A stretch of 64,000 bases of DNA from an uncultured Rhodobacteraceae bacterium (GCA_938049225.1 CALICM010000045.1:33114-97113); one strand, 5' to 3'. Shown: positions 37,372 to 46,497, counted from the stretch's first letter. Numbers and translations are program-made. The notes: generated by a model not told the origin, from the letters alone.

Positions 37372-38688
37372 TCAACTGTCCCAGATTGCGCCAAAAGCGG
37401 GAATACCTTCGCTTTCCATGTCGTAGATGACTTGTCGGGTCAGTTTTGGGTTAGATATCACGATCACGGCCTCCGCCCCGCTTTGTCGCACCGCTTGCAG
37501 CGCCAAAGCCGACAGGTTTGGCTTGCCTAGTTTGTCCGTGTCCCAGATGATTGAATCCTCCGAATGGGCAAGGATCTCTTCAACCAACGCCCTGCCATAG
37601 GTTTTGTGCGGCGAGCGTGTCGACCAGATCAACTTACAGGGGACATCGAAGGTCAGTAGATGCGGCAGGATTGGCCCGATACCACTGCCGGTCCCCACGT
37701 AGACGACCTTTTTGAATAGCGTTTCAATCCGAGCCACGCCTGACGTCGTGATGCCCTTGACCCAAACATGACTTGGCGGATTGTCGATGAAACGCCCCGT
37801 CCAATCACCCGCGCGGCTGATTACCAGCCGATAGCCATCCTTGCCAGGCGTCGGGATGTTTGCAAAGGAATGCCATTCAAAAAGTGGATTAAGGCTCACG
37901 GCGTTGGATGATCCCGCAAAGGGCGTTTCGCCGTAGTCAAACTGCACCACCGCGACGTGATTTGATGGTGTCTCAACGGTGATCGGAACTTTGCGTAAGG
38001 TCATCCACGGCGAGGCAATTGACAGAGTGATCAAGCAAAGCAGCCAAAACGCGAGGCTTGAGGTCAGCGGTATGCCCGCATCCCGAACCATTGCCGCATT
38101 CTGCGCCCAGAAGAGTGCAAGCAGTGTCCAACCGGCGAACCGATGGACATGTTCAAACTGATTATGGAACGCTTGTCGGATTGGGCCTATCGCGGTGACC
38201 ACCATGGGAACCATCAAGGCAACCATAATAGCGCTCAAGACCAGCGTAAGAGACGACGCGCTGCCGACCCCGTTGAGCGTATTGGTCCCGAGCGCAAACA
38301 GCAGAAAACCAAACCAGATTGACCCGGCGACTGCCCCACCGGCGTGAAGTCCACCGAAGTGAAACACCTTGCCTGCACCCCAGCGAATCCAGAGGGGCCA
38401 GCTTGTTGGGATCCGCGTCGCGATCCAAAAGAGAAGGTTCACGACACGTTGCTGCCGGATCAAGATCGCCACTGTAAAGTTGAAGAGCGCGATTTGGGCA
38501 ATTGCCGCCACGTCGAACACGTCCTCGGAAAACCAGATTTCATTGCTGATCCCATTGGCGAAGACCCATAGGTTGGCCAAAGCCACAATCGCCGCCAAAC
38601 GGCGGTATTCGATAAACCAAGGATGCCGGGTGAGCCGTCGCACATTGAATCGCCGCGGGCTATGTGCACCGATCGTTTCGAGCGTCAC
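37372..38688 (-). CDS. Polytopic membrane flavoprotein, ferric-reductase/NOX-like TM domain plus FNR-like FAD/NAD(P) module
   Basis: About 6-7 TM helices with His-containing segments (FHFGGLHAGG, HNQFEHVHRF). EWHSFA resembles the HPF(T/S) FAD motif; VGTGSGIGP resembles GxGxxP. ATGA overlap with the upstream adenylation gene. Confidence 0.7.
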   Translation of the reverse strand: MTLETIGAHSPRRFNVRRLTRHPWFIEYRRLAAIVALANLWVFANGISNEIWFSEDVFDVAAIAQIALFNFTVAILIRQQRVVNLLFWIATRIPTSWPLWIRWGAGKVFHFGGLHAGGAVAGSIWFGFLLFALGTNTLNGVGSASSLTLVLSAIMVALMVPMVVTAIGPIRQAFHNQFEHVHRFAGWTLLALFWAQNAAMVRDAGIPLTSSLAFWLLCLITLSIASPWMTLRKVPITVETPSNHVAVVQFDYGETPFAGSSNAVSLNPLFEWHSFANIPTPGKDGYRLVISRAGDWTGRFIDNPPSHVWVKGITTSGVARIETLFKKVVYVGTGSGIGPILPHLLTFDVPCKLIWSTRSPHKTYGRALVEEILAHSEDSIIWDTDKLGKPNLSALALQAVRQSGAEAVIVISNPKLTRQVIYDMESEGIPAFGAIWDS

Positions 38689-40395
38689 TCTGCTGCCTCA
38701 ACGACCGTGTTTGCGAGCGCTTCGGCTGCAAGTGTCAAGAGAAGGCGTTTATCCAACTTACCGCGTGCGGTCTTTGGCAATTGATCCATGGGTAGGATAA
38801 CCGCGGGACTGCAATAGTAAGGTAGGCTTTGTTTGACACTGGTTTGTGCGGCCATGGGATCGACAGATGCCGGGCTTACAAATGCGACGAGCGTGCGGTC
38901 ATCAAATTTGAGAGTGACCGCTTGGTCGCAGCCCTCGGTTGTCTCCAAGGCACGCGAGATGCCGTCAAGTTCGACGCGGAACCCACGGATCTTGACCAAA
39001 TCATCCACGCGACCGTAGTGCAAAAGCTCGCCCGCTTCTGTCCAAGCCCCAAGATCGCGCGTGTTGAACATCATATGGCCTGGGCGGAAGGGGTCAGGAC
39101 GGTAACGATCGGCGGTCAAGCTGGGATTTGCGAGATATCCAGCCGTGACACAGTCGCCGCCGGCCCACATCACGCCACGTTCACCGAAGGGGAGCGGCTT
39201 TAGGTTCCCGTCTAGGATGTAGACGGTGTTGTTAGGCGTCGGTTTTCCAATCGTCAGATCTGACTTGTTAGGCCAATGCCGCACCGCGGTATTGATGATC
39301 GTTGTCTCCGTCGGGCCGCAGGAATTGTAGAAATTACAAAAGCTGCCCCATTTGTCAGCAAGCGGTCGCGGGCATGGCTCCCCTGCGACCGCAACGGTCT
39401 TCACCTGACGGCAAGCGTCAGCATCCAGCGCACCCAGGATTGACGGCGTGGCGATCAATATATCAACTGCACTCGCGGTTTCCTGAATGTCTGATCCGCG
39501 AATGACCAGCGTTGCTCCATTGGACAAGGCGCCAAGGGTTTCCCAGGCGGCCATGTCAAAGGCGATCGAGAGGATTTGTCCAACCCGCAGACCAGGACCC
39601 ATCCCCAGATTGCCGGGGGTGGTTAAGAGAATATTACATAGGTTTCTGTGCGTGACTTGCACCCCGTTTGGAACACCCGTTGTCCCGGATGTGAAGAGCA
39701 CCATACACAAGTCATGTGGTTGCAATGGGCTTTCCACTTTAAGGCGCGGGGTGGAAGTGTCGGCTAAAGCGTTTCGCCTTTACCTTGAGACATGTCTCGT
39801 TACCTAACGCGTTGAAATCTATGATTTCAGGCAGCGTTAGGTGATTCAAGTTTAAGGCGAAACGCTATAGGGTATCTTCAATCAGCAATATTTGCTGGGG
39901 CGCACCTAAAGGTATTTGATCTGCGCAGTCTGCGATCGACAAAATGACCTTGGCCCTGGTCACTGCAGAAATGTGACGCAGGCTGTCTTCGGATGCGACA
40001 CCGATGTGCTGTGGCACGTAGTACGCCCCCAATTTCAGACAGGCGAAAATGCCAACGACCATGGGAATTGAACGCCGGAGGAAAAGGCCTACCGCATCAC
40101 CGTGCCTTACGCCAAGTTCTGCCAGTTGAAAGGCAAGGCGCTCAGCAGCTGCATTAAGATCGCCATAGCTGATCCAATCCGATCCGCATTCAACCGCACG
40201 TGTTTGTGGTGCCACATCCGCAAAATGCTCAAATCCTGCGAGGATCGTAAAAAAGGCAGGCTCTGCCTGAGGGCCAAATCCGAATTCGAAGAACCAATCG
40301 TCGAGGTCCAGGCCAGATGGATCGGGTCTCCAACCCGGCGGCATGGCGATAGCGGCTGTTTGTGATTGGTTTGGTGTAAGGTGAACTGATGACAT
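38685..40395 (-). pseudogene. Stand-alone NRPS-type adenylation enzyme (no carrier domain), interrupted by a 101-bp MITE
   Basis: N-fragment 40395..39865 (ISYGDLN, LKLGAYYVPQ) ends in TAG. C-fragment 39737..38685 carries FTSGTTGVPNG, FDMAAWE, NSCGPTETT, GRVDDLVKIRGFRVEL, PKTARGKLDKR. Removing 103 nt restores one 535-codon frame. Confidence 0.8.
39767..39867. mobile_element. Miniature inverted-repeat element (101 bp) with TA target-site duplication
   Basis: Ends AAGCGTTTCGCCTT ... AAGGCGAAACGCTA share a 13-nt perfect inverted core. Internal palindrome CCTAACGC ... GCGTTAGG. TA at 39765..39766 and 39868..39869. Confidence 0.7.
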
Positions 40396-40780
40396 TTTTC
40401 TCTCCCCATTGGCGCAACCGTCAACTTTGCGAATTGACGTGAAGCGGGACCGCTCTGGGTTGCTACCTAAGTGGAGGATACCCACGAACTGATATGAGTA
40501 GGGATTACGTGGACGCCGAGGGCACGGCGGAGTCTTTACGTAGATGCTACGTAGACTACCTCAACAGAGAATACACTAAGGATCTAATTTTAAAGTATTT
40601 TTCTGGTGGATGCGATGGAGAAGAGAGAGAAGCGGGGCAAACCGAGTTACCCATCACGACTGTGTGAGACGCGGCTAACGCAAATGAAGACGACACAATT
40701 GCAGTGTAAGAGGTGCTTCAGTCTAACCTCGCCCCCGGGGCGCCTGGTCTTCTCGGATTCCGCTCTAGGTGTGATTACTT

Positions 40781-42013
40781 GAATTAGTCTCGATGTGATC
40801 TGACACCGCCCCCTCTCAGCAAGCTGAAACGGGGGCGGCACATCTCTTGAACGAGATGATGGTTGTCCGTTTTGATGGTGGTGCAAACCAAGACCATCGA
40901 AACAAGGAAACCACAATGTTGAATACTACTGATAAGATCATCAAACACAAAACCGGCTTGCTGAACCTGGCCGAGGAATTAGGTAACGTGTCCAAAGCGT
41001 GCCAAGTCATGGGCATGTCGCGCGATACGTTCTATCGCTATAAATCGGCGGTCGAGGACGGCGGCGTTGAGGCGCTTTTTGAACGCACAAGGCGCAAACC
41101 CAATCTGGCGAACCGGGTGGATCATGCGACTGAAGATGCCGTCATCAAATCCGCCACCGACTTCCCGGCTTATGGCCAAGCCCGCACGTCCAACGAGCTG
41201 CGCAAACTGGGTGTGTTTGTCTCGCCGTCTGGGGTGCGATCAATCTGGCTGCGTCATGATCTGGCGAACTTCAAGGCGCGGCTGAAGGCGCTGGAAGCCT
41301 TGGTTGCCGAGGACGGCGGTATCCTGACCGAGGCGCAGGTGCAGGCATTGGAAAAGAAGAAGCATGACGACGAGGCCTGCGGCGAGATCGAGACCGCGCA
41401 TCCCGGCTATCTGGGGTCACAGGACACGTTCTATGTCGGCACCCTGAAGGGCGTCGGTCGTGTCTACCAGCAGACCTACATTGATACGTATTCCAAAGTG
41501 GCCCATGCCAAACTCTATACCACCAAGACGCCGATCACAGCCGCTGATCTGCTCAATGACAGGGTGCTTCCATTCCATGAGGAACACGATCTGCCGGTGC
41601 TGCGGATCATGACCGACCGGGGCACGGAATATTGCGGGCGTGTCGACAAGCACGACTTCCAGCTCTTCCTGGCGATCAACGATATCGATCATACGAAGAC
41701 CAAGGTGAAATCGCCCCAGACGAACGGGATTTGCGAGCGGTTCCACAAGACGATCCTGCAGGAGTTCTATCAGGTCGCGTTCCGCAAAAACCTTTACGAA
41801 AGCATCAACGCGCTGCAAGCGGATCTGGACGAATGGCTGCACCACTACAACTTTGAGCGCACGCATCAGGGCAAAATGTGTTGCGGCAGAACACCCATCG
41901 AAACTATGATCGACGGGAAAGAAATCTGGCAGGAAAAGTTCCTGAACTGAACTTCACCTGACAGATGCCGCCAGAAAAACGGACAACTGTCAGATCACAT
42001 CTGAACCACTACA
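40781..42013 (+). mobile_element. IS481-family-like insertion sequence (1233 bp) flanked by an 8-bp direct repeat GATTACTT
   Basis: Inverted core GATGTGATCTGACA at 40792..40805 and 41988..42001. GATTACTT at 40773..40780 and 42014..42021. Single DDE transposase ORF. Confidence 0.75.
40916..41950 (+). CDS. IS481-family-type DDE transposase (HTH plus integrase core)
   Basis: ATG at 40916. HTH (VSKACQVMGMSRDTFYRYK); rve-like core (GYLGSQDTFYVG ... IMTDRGTEYCG ... SPQTNGICERFHKT). Confidence 0.88.
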   Translation: MLNTTDKIIKHKTGLLNLAEELGNVSKACQVMGMSRDTFYRYKSAVEDGGVEALFERTRRKPNLANRVDHATEDAVIKSATDFPAYGQARTSNELRKLGVFVSPSGVRSIWLRHDLANFKARLKALEALVAEDGGILTEAQVQALEKKKHDDEACGEIETAHPGYLGSQDTFYVGTLKGVGRVYQQTYIDTYSKVAHAKLYTTKTPITAADLLNDRVLPFHEEHDLPVLRIMTDRGTEYCGRVDKHDFQLFLAINDIDHTKTKVKSPQTNGICERFHKTILQEFYQVAFRKNLYESINALQADLDEWLHHYNFERTHQGKMCCGRTPIETMIDGKEIWQEKFLN

Positions 42014-42015
42014 GA

Positions 42016-44202
42016 TTACTTCCTCCGCCGCTTCACCTTCCCTCCGCGCTGTCCGGCCCGCCCAGCTGTACTTCGCCCCTCGGCCTTTTTCGCGTCCTCG
42101 ACGGCTTGCTCCACCGCCGATTGCCGGGCCAGGGGATCGTCGGCTATTAGCAGGTCGACGGATTCCAGCCGTTTGACCTCGTCCCGCAGGCGGGCGGCCT
42201 CTTCGAATTCCAGGTTCTCGGCGGCCTTCATCATATCCTTGCGCAACGCGTCCAGATGCGCCTGCAAGTTCGCGCCCACCATCGGTTTGTCGACCTTGGC
42301 CGTCACCCGGTTCATATCGACATCGCCCTGATAGAGGCCTGCCAGCACGTCCTCGACGTTCTTCTTGACCGTCTCGGGCGTGATGCCGTGCGCCTCGTTA
42401 TAGGCGTGCTGCTTTTCGCGCCGCCGGTTGGTCTCGCGGATTGCGCGTTCCATCGAACCGGTCACGCGGTCGGCGTACATGATTACCTTTCCGTCCGCGT
42501 TGCGCGCGGCGCGGCCGATGGTCTGCACCAGCGAGGTTTCCGAGCGCAGAAACCCCTCCTTATCCGCATCCAGGATCGCGACCAGCCCGCATTCGGGAAT
42601 GTCCAATCCCTCGCGCAGCAGGTTGATGCCGACCAGTACGTCGAAGGCCCCCAGGCGCAGGTCCCGCAGGATCTCGATCCGCTCCAGCGTGTCGATGTCC
42701 GAGTGCATATAGCGCACGCGGATGCCCTGTTCGTGCAGGTATTCGGTCAAATCCTCGGCCATGCGTTTGGTCAGCACGGTGCACAGCACGCGATAGCCTG
42801 CTTGCGCCACGCGGCGGATCTCGTCCAGCAGGTCGTCGACCTGGGTCTCGACGGGGCGGATTTCAACCGGCGGGTCCAACAGGCCGGTAGGGCGGATAAC
42901 CTGTTCGGCGAAGACGCCGCCGGATTGCTCCAACTCCCAGGCCGAGGGCGTGGCCGAGACAAAGACCGATTGCGGGCGCATGGCGTCCCACTCCTCGAAT
43001 TTGAGGGGGCGGTTGTCCATGCAGGATGGCAGCCGGAAGCCATGCTCGGCCAGGGTGAACTTGCGCCGGTAGTCGCCCTTGTACATGCCGCCGATCTGCG
43101 GGACCGAGACGTGGCTTTCGTCGGCAAAGACGATGGCATTGTCGGGGATATATTCGAAAAGGGTCGGCGGCGGCTCGCCCGGGGCCCGGCCGGTCAGGTA
43201 GCGAGAGTAGTTTTCGATGCCGTTGCAGACGCCGGTCGCTTCGAGCATCTCAAGGTCGAAGTTGGTGCGTTGTTCCAGGCGCTGGGCTTCCAACAACTGC
43301 CCATCCTTTACAAGCTGGTCCAGGCGGACGGCCAACTCCGCTTTGATCCCCTTGATCGCCTGCTGCATCGTTGGGCGCGGGGTGACATAGTGCGAGTTGG
43401 CGTAGATGCGGGTCTTTTCCAGAGTGTCGGTTTTCTGGCCGGTCAGCGGGTCAAATTCGGTCAGGCTCTCTAGCTCCTCACCAAAGAACGACAGACGCCA
43501 GGCGCGATCCTCAAGGTGGGCGGGCCAGATCTCCAGACTGTCGCCCCGCACGCGAAAACTGCCGCGCTGGAACGCACTGTCGTTGCGCCGGTACTGCTGG
43601 GCGATCAGATCGGCCATCACCTTGCGCTGATCATAGTCGCGCCCGACGACCAGATCCTGGGTCATCGCGCCATAGGTCTCGACCGAGCCGATGCCGTAAA
43701 TGCATGATACCGAGGCGACAATGATCACGTCATCGCGTTCCAACAGCGCCCGGGTGGCCGAATGGCGCATCCGGTCGATCTGTTCGTTGATCTGTGATTC
43801 TTTCTCGATATAGGTGTCCGAGCGTGGAACATAGGCTTCGGGTTGGTAATAATCGTAATAGCTGACGAAATATTCTACCGCGTTGTCTGGGAAGAACCCC
43901 TTGAACTCACCATAAAGCTGCGCCGCCAGCGTCTTGTTTGGCGCCAGAATGATGGCTGGGCGCTGAGTCGTTTCGATAACTTTGGCCATTGTAAAGGTTT
44001 TGCCAGTGCCGGTGGCGCCCAGCAGGACTTGGTTCTGCTCGCCGCCGGTGATGCCCTCGACCAGTTCGGCGATGGCCGTGGGTTGGTCCCCCGCGGGCAG
44101 AAATTCGGTATTCATTACAATGCGTTTGCCACCATCCAGCTTATCGCGGGTGCGGGCTTGGGTGGGAATATTGGCGGGGCTGGCGGCGCTTTCTGTGGTC
44201 AT
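42016..44202 (-). CDS. uvrB: Excinuclease ABC subunit B
   Basis: [12 protein letters not shown] Walker A, helicase motifs, C-terminal UVR domain ([12 protein letters not shown]). ATG at 44202. Confidence 0.97.
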   Translation of the reverse strand: MTTESAASPANIPTQARTRDKLDGGKRIVMNTEFLPAGDQPTAIAELVEGITGGEQNQVLLGATGTGKTFTMAKVIETTQRPAIILAPNKTLAAQLYGEFKGFFPDNAVEYFVSYYDYYQPEAYVPRSDTYIEKESQINEQIDRMRHSATRALLERDDVIIVASVSCIYGIGSVETYGAMTQDLVVGRDYDQRKVMADLIAQQYRRNDSAFQRGSFRVRGDSLEIWPAHLEDRAWRLSFFGEELESLTEFDPLTGQKTDTLEKTRIYANSHYVTPRPTMQQAIKGIKAELAVRLDQLVKDGQLLEAQRLEQRTNFDLEMLEATGVCNGIENYSRYLTGRAPGEPPPTLFEYIPDNAIVFADESHVSVPQIGGMYKGDYRRKFTLAEHGFRLPSCMDNRPLKFEEWDAMRPQSVFVSATPSAWELEQSGGVFAEQVIRPTGLLDPPVEIRPVETQVDDLLDEIRRVAQAGYRVLCTVLTKRMAEDLTEYLHEQGIRVRYMHSDIDTLERIEILRDLRLGAFDVLVGINLLREGLDIPECGLVAILDADKEGFLRSETSLVQTIGRAARNADGKVIMYADRVTGSMERAIRETNRRREKQHAYNEAHGITPETVKKNVEDVLAGLYQGDVDMNRVTAKVDKPMVGANLQAHLDALRKDMMKAAENLEFEEAARLRDEVKRLESVDLLIADDPLARQSAVEQAVEDAKKAEGRSTAGRAGQRGGKVKRRRK

Positions 44203-44373
44203 GACATATCCTTTGATGACCACAATGTGAGGGTTGCCGCTAGGACTTCAAGGTTAATAAAATGTTAAAACCTTAGGTTGCATTGAAAAAATAAAAAACA
44301 ACTATTTAGGCATTTAAGGGTTGTGTAACCCTACCGCCGAGCGCTAATTTGTTCTTGCAAGCAGCGACTACCC

Positions 44374-44433
44374 TACCAGCCAGGTGCGGACACCCACCCA
44401 CCCCACCCCTCACTCCCCCGCACTTGGCTGGTA
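44374..44433. repeat. 16-bp inverted repeat enclosing a 28-nt C-rich (plus) / G-quadruplex-type (minus) loop
   Basis: TACCAGCCAGGTGCGG ... CCGCACTTGGCTGGTA pairs at 15 of 16 positions. The loop is ACACCCACCCACCCCACCCCTCACTCCC. Confidence 0.7.
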
Positions 44434-44470
44434 GCTTCTTTCTCTCCTAAAATGCGAGGCACTCGATTTA

Positions 44471-44495
44471 GCCTGACCCCTTGTCAGGCCCTTTT
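44471..44495 (+). terminator. Terminator-like hairpin 40 nt upstream of the NDUFS4-like gene
   Basis: GCCTGAC-CCCTT-GTCAGGC followed by CCTTTTC. The U tract is weak. Confidence 0.35.
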
Positions 44496-44534
44496 CGATT
44501 GAGGATAAGCCAAAGACAGTGACGGAGATTGCCC

Positions 44535-44846
44535 ATGCTTGCCCGAATTTTCAAACCCGCTAAGACCGCCATGCAGTCCGGCACTGCCAAAACCGGTGAC
44601 TGGGTGCTTGAGTTCGCCCCGTCCGTGTCGCGGACCAAGGACGTTTTGATGGGCTGGACCGGGTCCGGGGATACGCAGACGCAAGTGCAATTGCGGTTCG
44701 ACACCGTCGAGGCGGCGGTCGCCTATGCCGAGAAACACGGCATCGCCCACCGGGTGCAGCAGCCCAAAACCCGCAAGCCCACCATTCGCCCGGGCGGCTA
44801 CGGCGATAATTTTGCACACAACCGGCGCGGGGCCTGGACGCACTAA
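44535..44846 (+). CDS. ETC complex I subunit conserved-region protein (NDUFS4-like)
   Basis: MLARIFKPAKTAMQSGTAKTGDWVLEF ... MGWTGSGDT ... YGDNF ... WTH. GGAG 7 nt before the ATG. Confidence 0.85.
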   Translation: MLARIFKPAKTAMQSGTAKTGDWVLEFAPSVSRTKDVLMGWTGSGDTQTQVQLRFDTVEAAVAYAEKHGIAHRVQQPKTRKPTIRPGGYGDNFAHNRRGAWTH

Positions 44847-45010
44847 GCGGTTCCGAAGTTCAGATCTGCCTGCATTGTCTTCGTCGTTGGCCACCAAACG
44901 CAGCACCACTTGGCGTTTTGGCGGGCTGGGGCGCGAAATTGGCGAATACCCGGAGGATCGCCATCCAATCTGCGACTAGTTTCCTCTCACCAACGAGAGA
45001 GGATCGAACC

Positions 45011-45424
45011 ATGACATCTTGCAAAGAACATATTCTGTTTGCGTCGCTTGTGGTCCAATTGTCCGCCGGCTCGGCAATGGCTGCGGAACAGATGGATACG
45101 GCCCAACTTCACGCCCTGATCACCGGAAACACGCTTTATGTCGACGTCGCCCCTGGCACGCCTGGCGCACCGGACGGCGGGATTGCCCCGATATACTATG
45201 CCAATGATGGGGCGGCGGCGGCACAGCTTCCCGCCGGTTTGAAGTTGATCGGAACCTGGGCCATTGACGGCGATCAGTATTGTATCGACTGGGACAATGG
45301 CCCCAAAAATAGCTGCACAAAACTGGTGCGTACCGACGCCGGGTTTCAGGTGATGGATGCGGCTAAGAACGAGCCGCGTGGTGTCGTTACCCGCATTGCC
45401 ACCGGCAACGCTGAAAACCTTTAA
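45011..45424 (+). CDS. Hypothetical exported protein (possibly DUF995-like)
   Basis: ATG at 45011 after GAGAGG. Signal-like ILFASLVVQLSAGSAMA. Two Cys (YCIDW ... NSCTKL). Confidence 0.6.
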   Translation: MTSCKEHILFASLVVQLSAGSAMAAEQMDTAQLHALITGNTLYVDVAPGTPGAPDGGIAPIYYANDGAAAAQLPAGLKLIGTWAIDGDQYCIDWDNGPKNSCTKLVRTDAGFQVMDAAKNEPRGVVTRIATGNAENL

Positions 45425-45439
45425 CCGAAGGAACCGGTT

Positions 45440-45727
45440 ATGAAGTTGATTACTGTCGAGGCGGCGTTTTCCGTCGCGGATCTTGAAACCGCCATATCCC
45501 TGTTCTCGGACCAAGCCCCGACGGTGCGGGCGATGCCGGGGTGCGACCACTATGCGCTTTATGAAAAACCCTCTGGCGATGGTGTCGCGATCGTTCAACG
45601 TTGGGAGACGATAGAGGCCTTTGATGCCTATCGGTCCAGCGACACCTTCGCGACGCTGGGACAGGGGCTGAAGCCGATGATGTCGGCACCACCAGTGACG
45701 GTCATTGCCGAGGTTGTTACTGTCTGA
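45440..45727 (+). CDS. Antibiotic-biosynthesis-monooxygenase (ABM) domain protein
   Basis: 95 aa, ferredoxin-like ABM pattern (GCDHYALYEK ... IVQRWETIEAFDAY). Confidence 0.7.
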   Translation: MKLITVEAAFSVADLETAISLFSDQAPTVRAMPGCDHYALYEKPSGDGVAIVQRWETIEAFDAYRSSDTFATLGQGLKPMMSAPPVTVIAEVVTV

Positions 45728-45730
45728 CGC

Positions 45731-46489
45731 ATGCCCGCGACGCAGCCTGCCGTTTATTGCTTCTTTCAAGACATAGCTCCGCGTCCCCCGTGGGACGCGG
45801 TTTTTGAACGTGATTACTTGCTTTACGCGGTCAAGGGCGCCCTGCGGGTCGAGGTTGCGGGGCAACGCTGGCTGTTGCCGCCATCGTTCGCAGCCTGGGT
45901 TCCGGCGAACACCCGGTTTCTGGTCGAGATCCCGCGACCTGTCACCAGCTGTTCGGTCCTTGCCGAGCAGGGGTTTTGTACGCGTTTCCCCCAAGGCCCG
46001 ACTGTCTTTCAGATGTCGGGTTTAACGCGCGAGATGATCCAGCATTGCAAGGACTGGGGCCCCGAGGTGGCCCAGCCCGCACATGCCGGGACGTTCTTCT
46101 TGGCACTGCTCAGCACCTGTGCCGAGCTTGCGGCACAGTCCATAGACGTGATGCGCCCGACCGCGGCCGATCCCGCGCTGCGCAAGGCGATTGCGTTCAC
46201 CGAAGCGCATTTGGATCTGCCGATTACCGCCAAAGAGGTCGCGCAGGCCGCACATCTGTCCGAGCGGACAATGCAAAGACGTTTTGCCGAGCAGGTCGGC
46301 GCCTCGTGGGCGCAGACCTTGACCCGCATCCGCATGATCCGCGCGGTCGAGGCCCTTGCCGAGGACGCGATGCCGATCATTCAGATCGCCGCCGCCTGCG
46401 GATATGCCTCGCTGAGCGCGTTCAATCGCGCGTTCTTGGACTTCGCGAAAATGACACCGTCGGAGTTTCGAAACCGCCTGAAAGGCTGA
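45731..46489 (+). CDS. AraC family transcriptional regulator
   Basis: Cupin-like N-terminus and dual-HTH C-terminus (IAFTEAHL ... AAACGYASLSAFNRAFLDFAKMTPSEFR). Confidence 0.85.
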   Translation: MPATQPAVYCFFQDIAPRPPWDAVFERDYLLYAVKGALRVEVAGQRWLLPPSFAAWVPANTRFLVEIPRPVTSCSVLAEQGFCTRFPQGPTVFQMSGLTREMIQHCKDWGPEVAQPAHAGTFFLALLSTCAELAAQSIDVMRPTAADPALRKAIAFTEAHLDLPITAKEVAQAAHLSERTMQRRFAEQVGASWAQTLTRIRMIRAVEALAEDAMPIIQIAAACGYASLSAFNRAFLDFAKMTPSEFRNRLKG

Positions 46490-46497
46490 GAGGGAGT

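Noticed and set aside
40770-40792. Alternative IS left end starting at TGTGATTACTT (the TGT terminus typical of some IS481 members)
   Set aside because: It would make the two ends unequal in length and would ignore the exact 8-bp repeat GATTACTT placed symmetrically outside both ends. It is kept as a caveat only.
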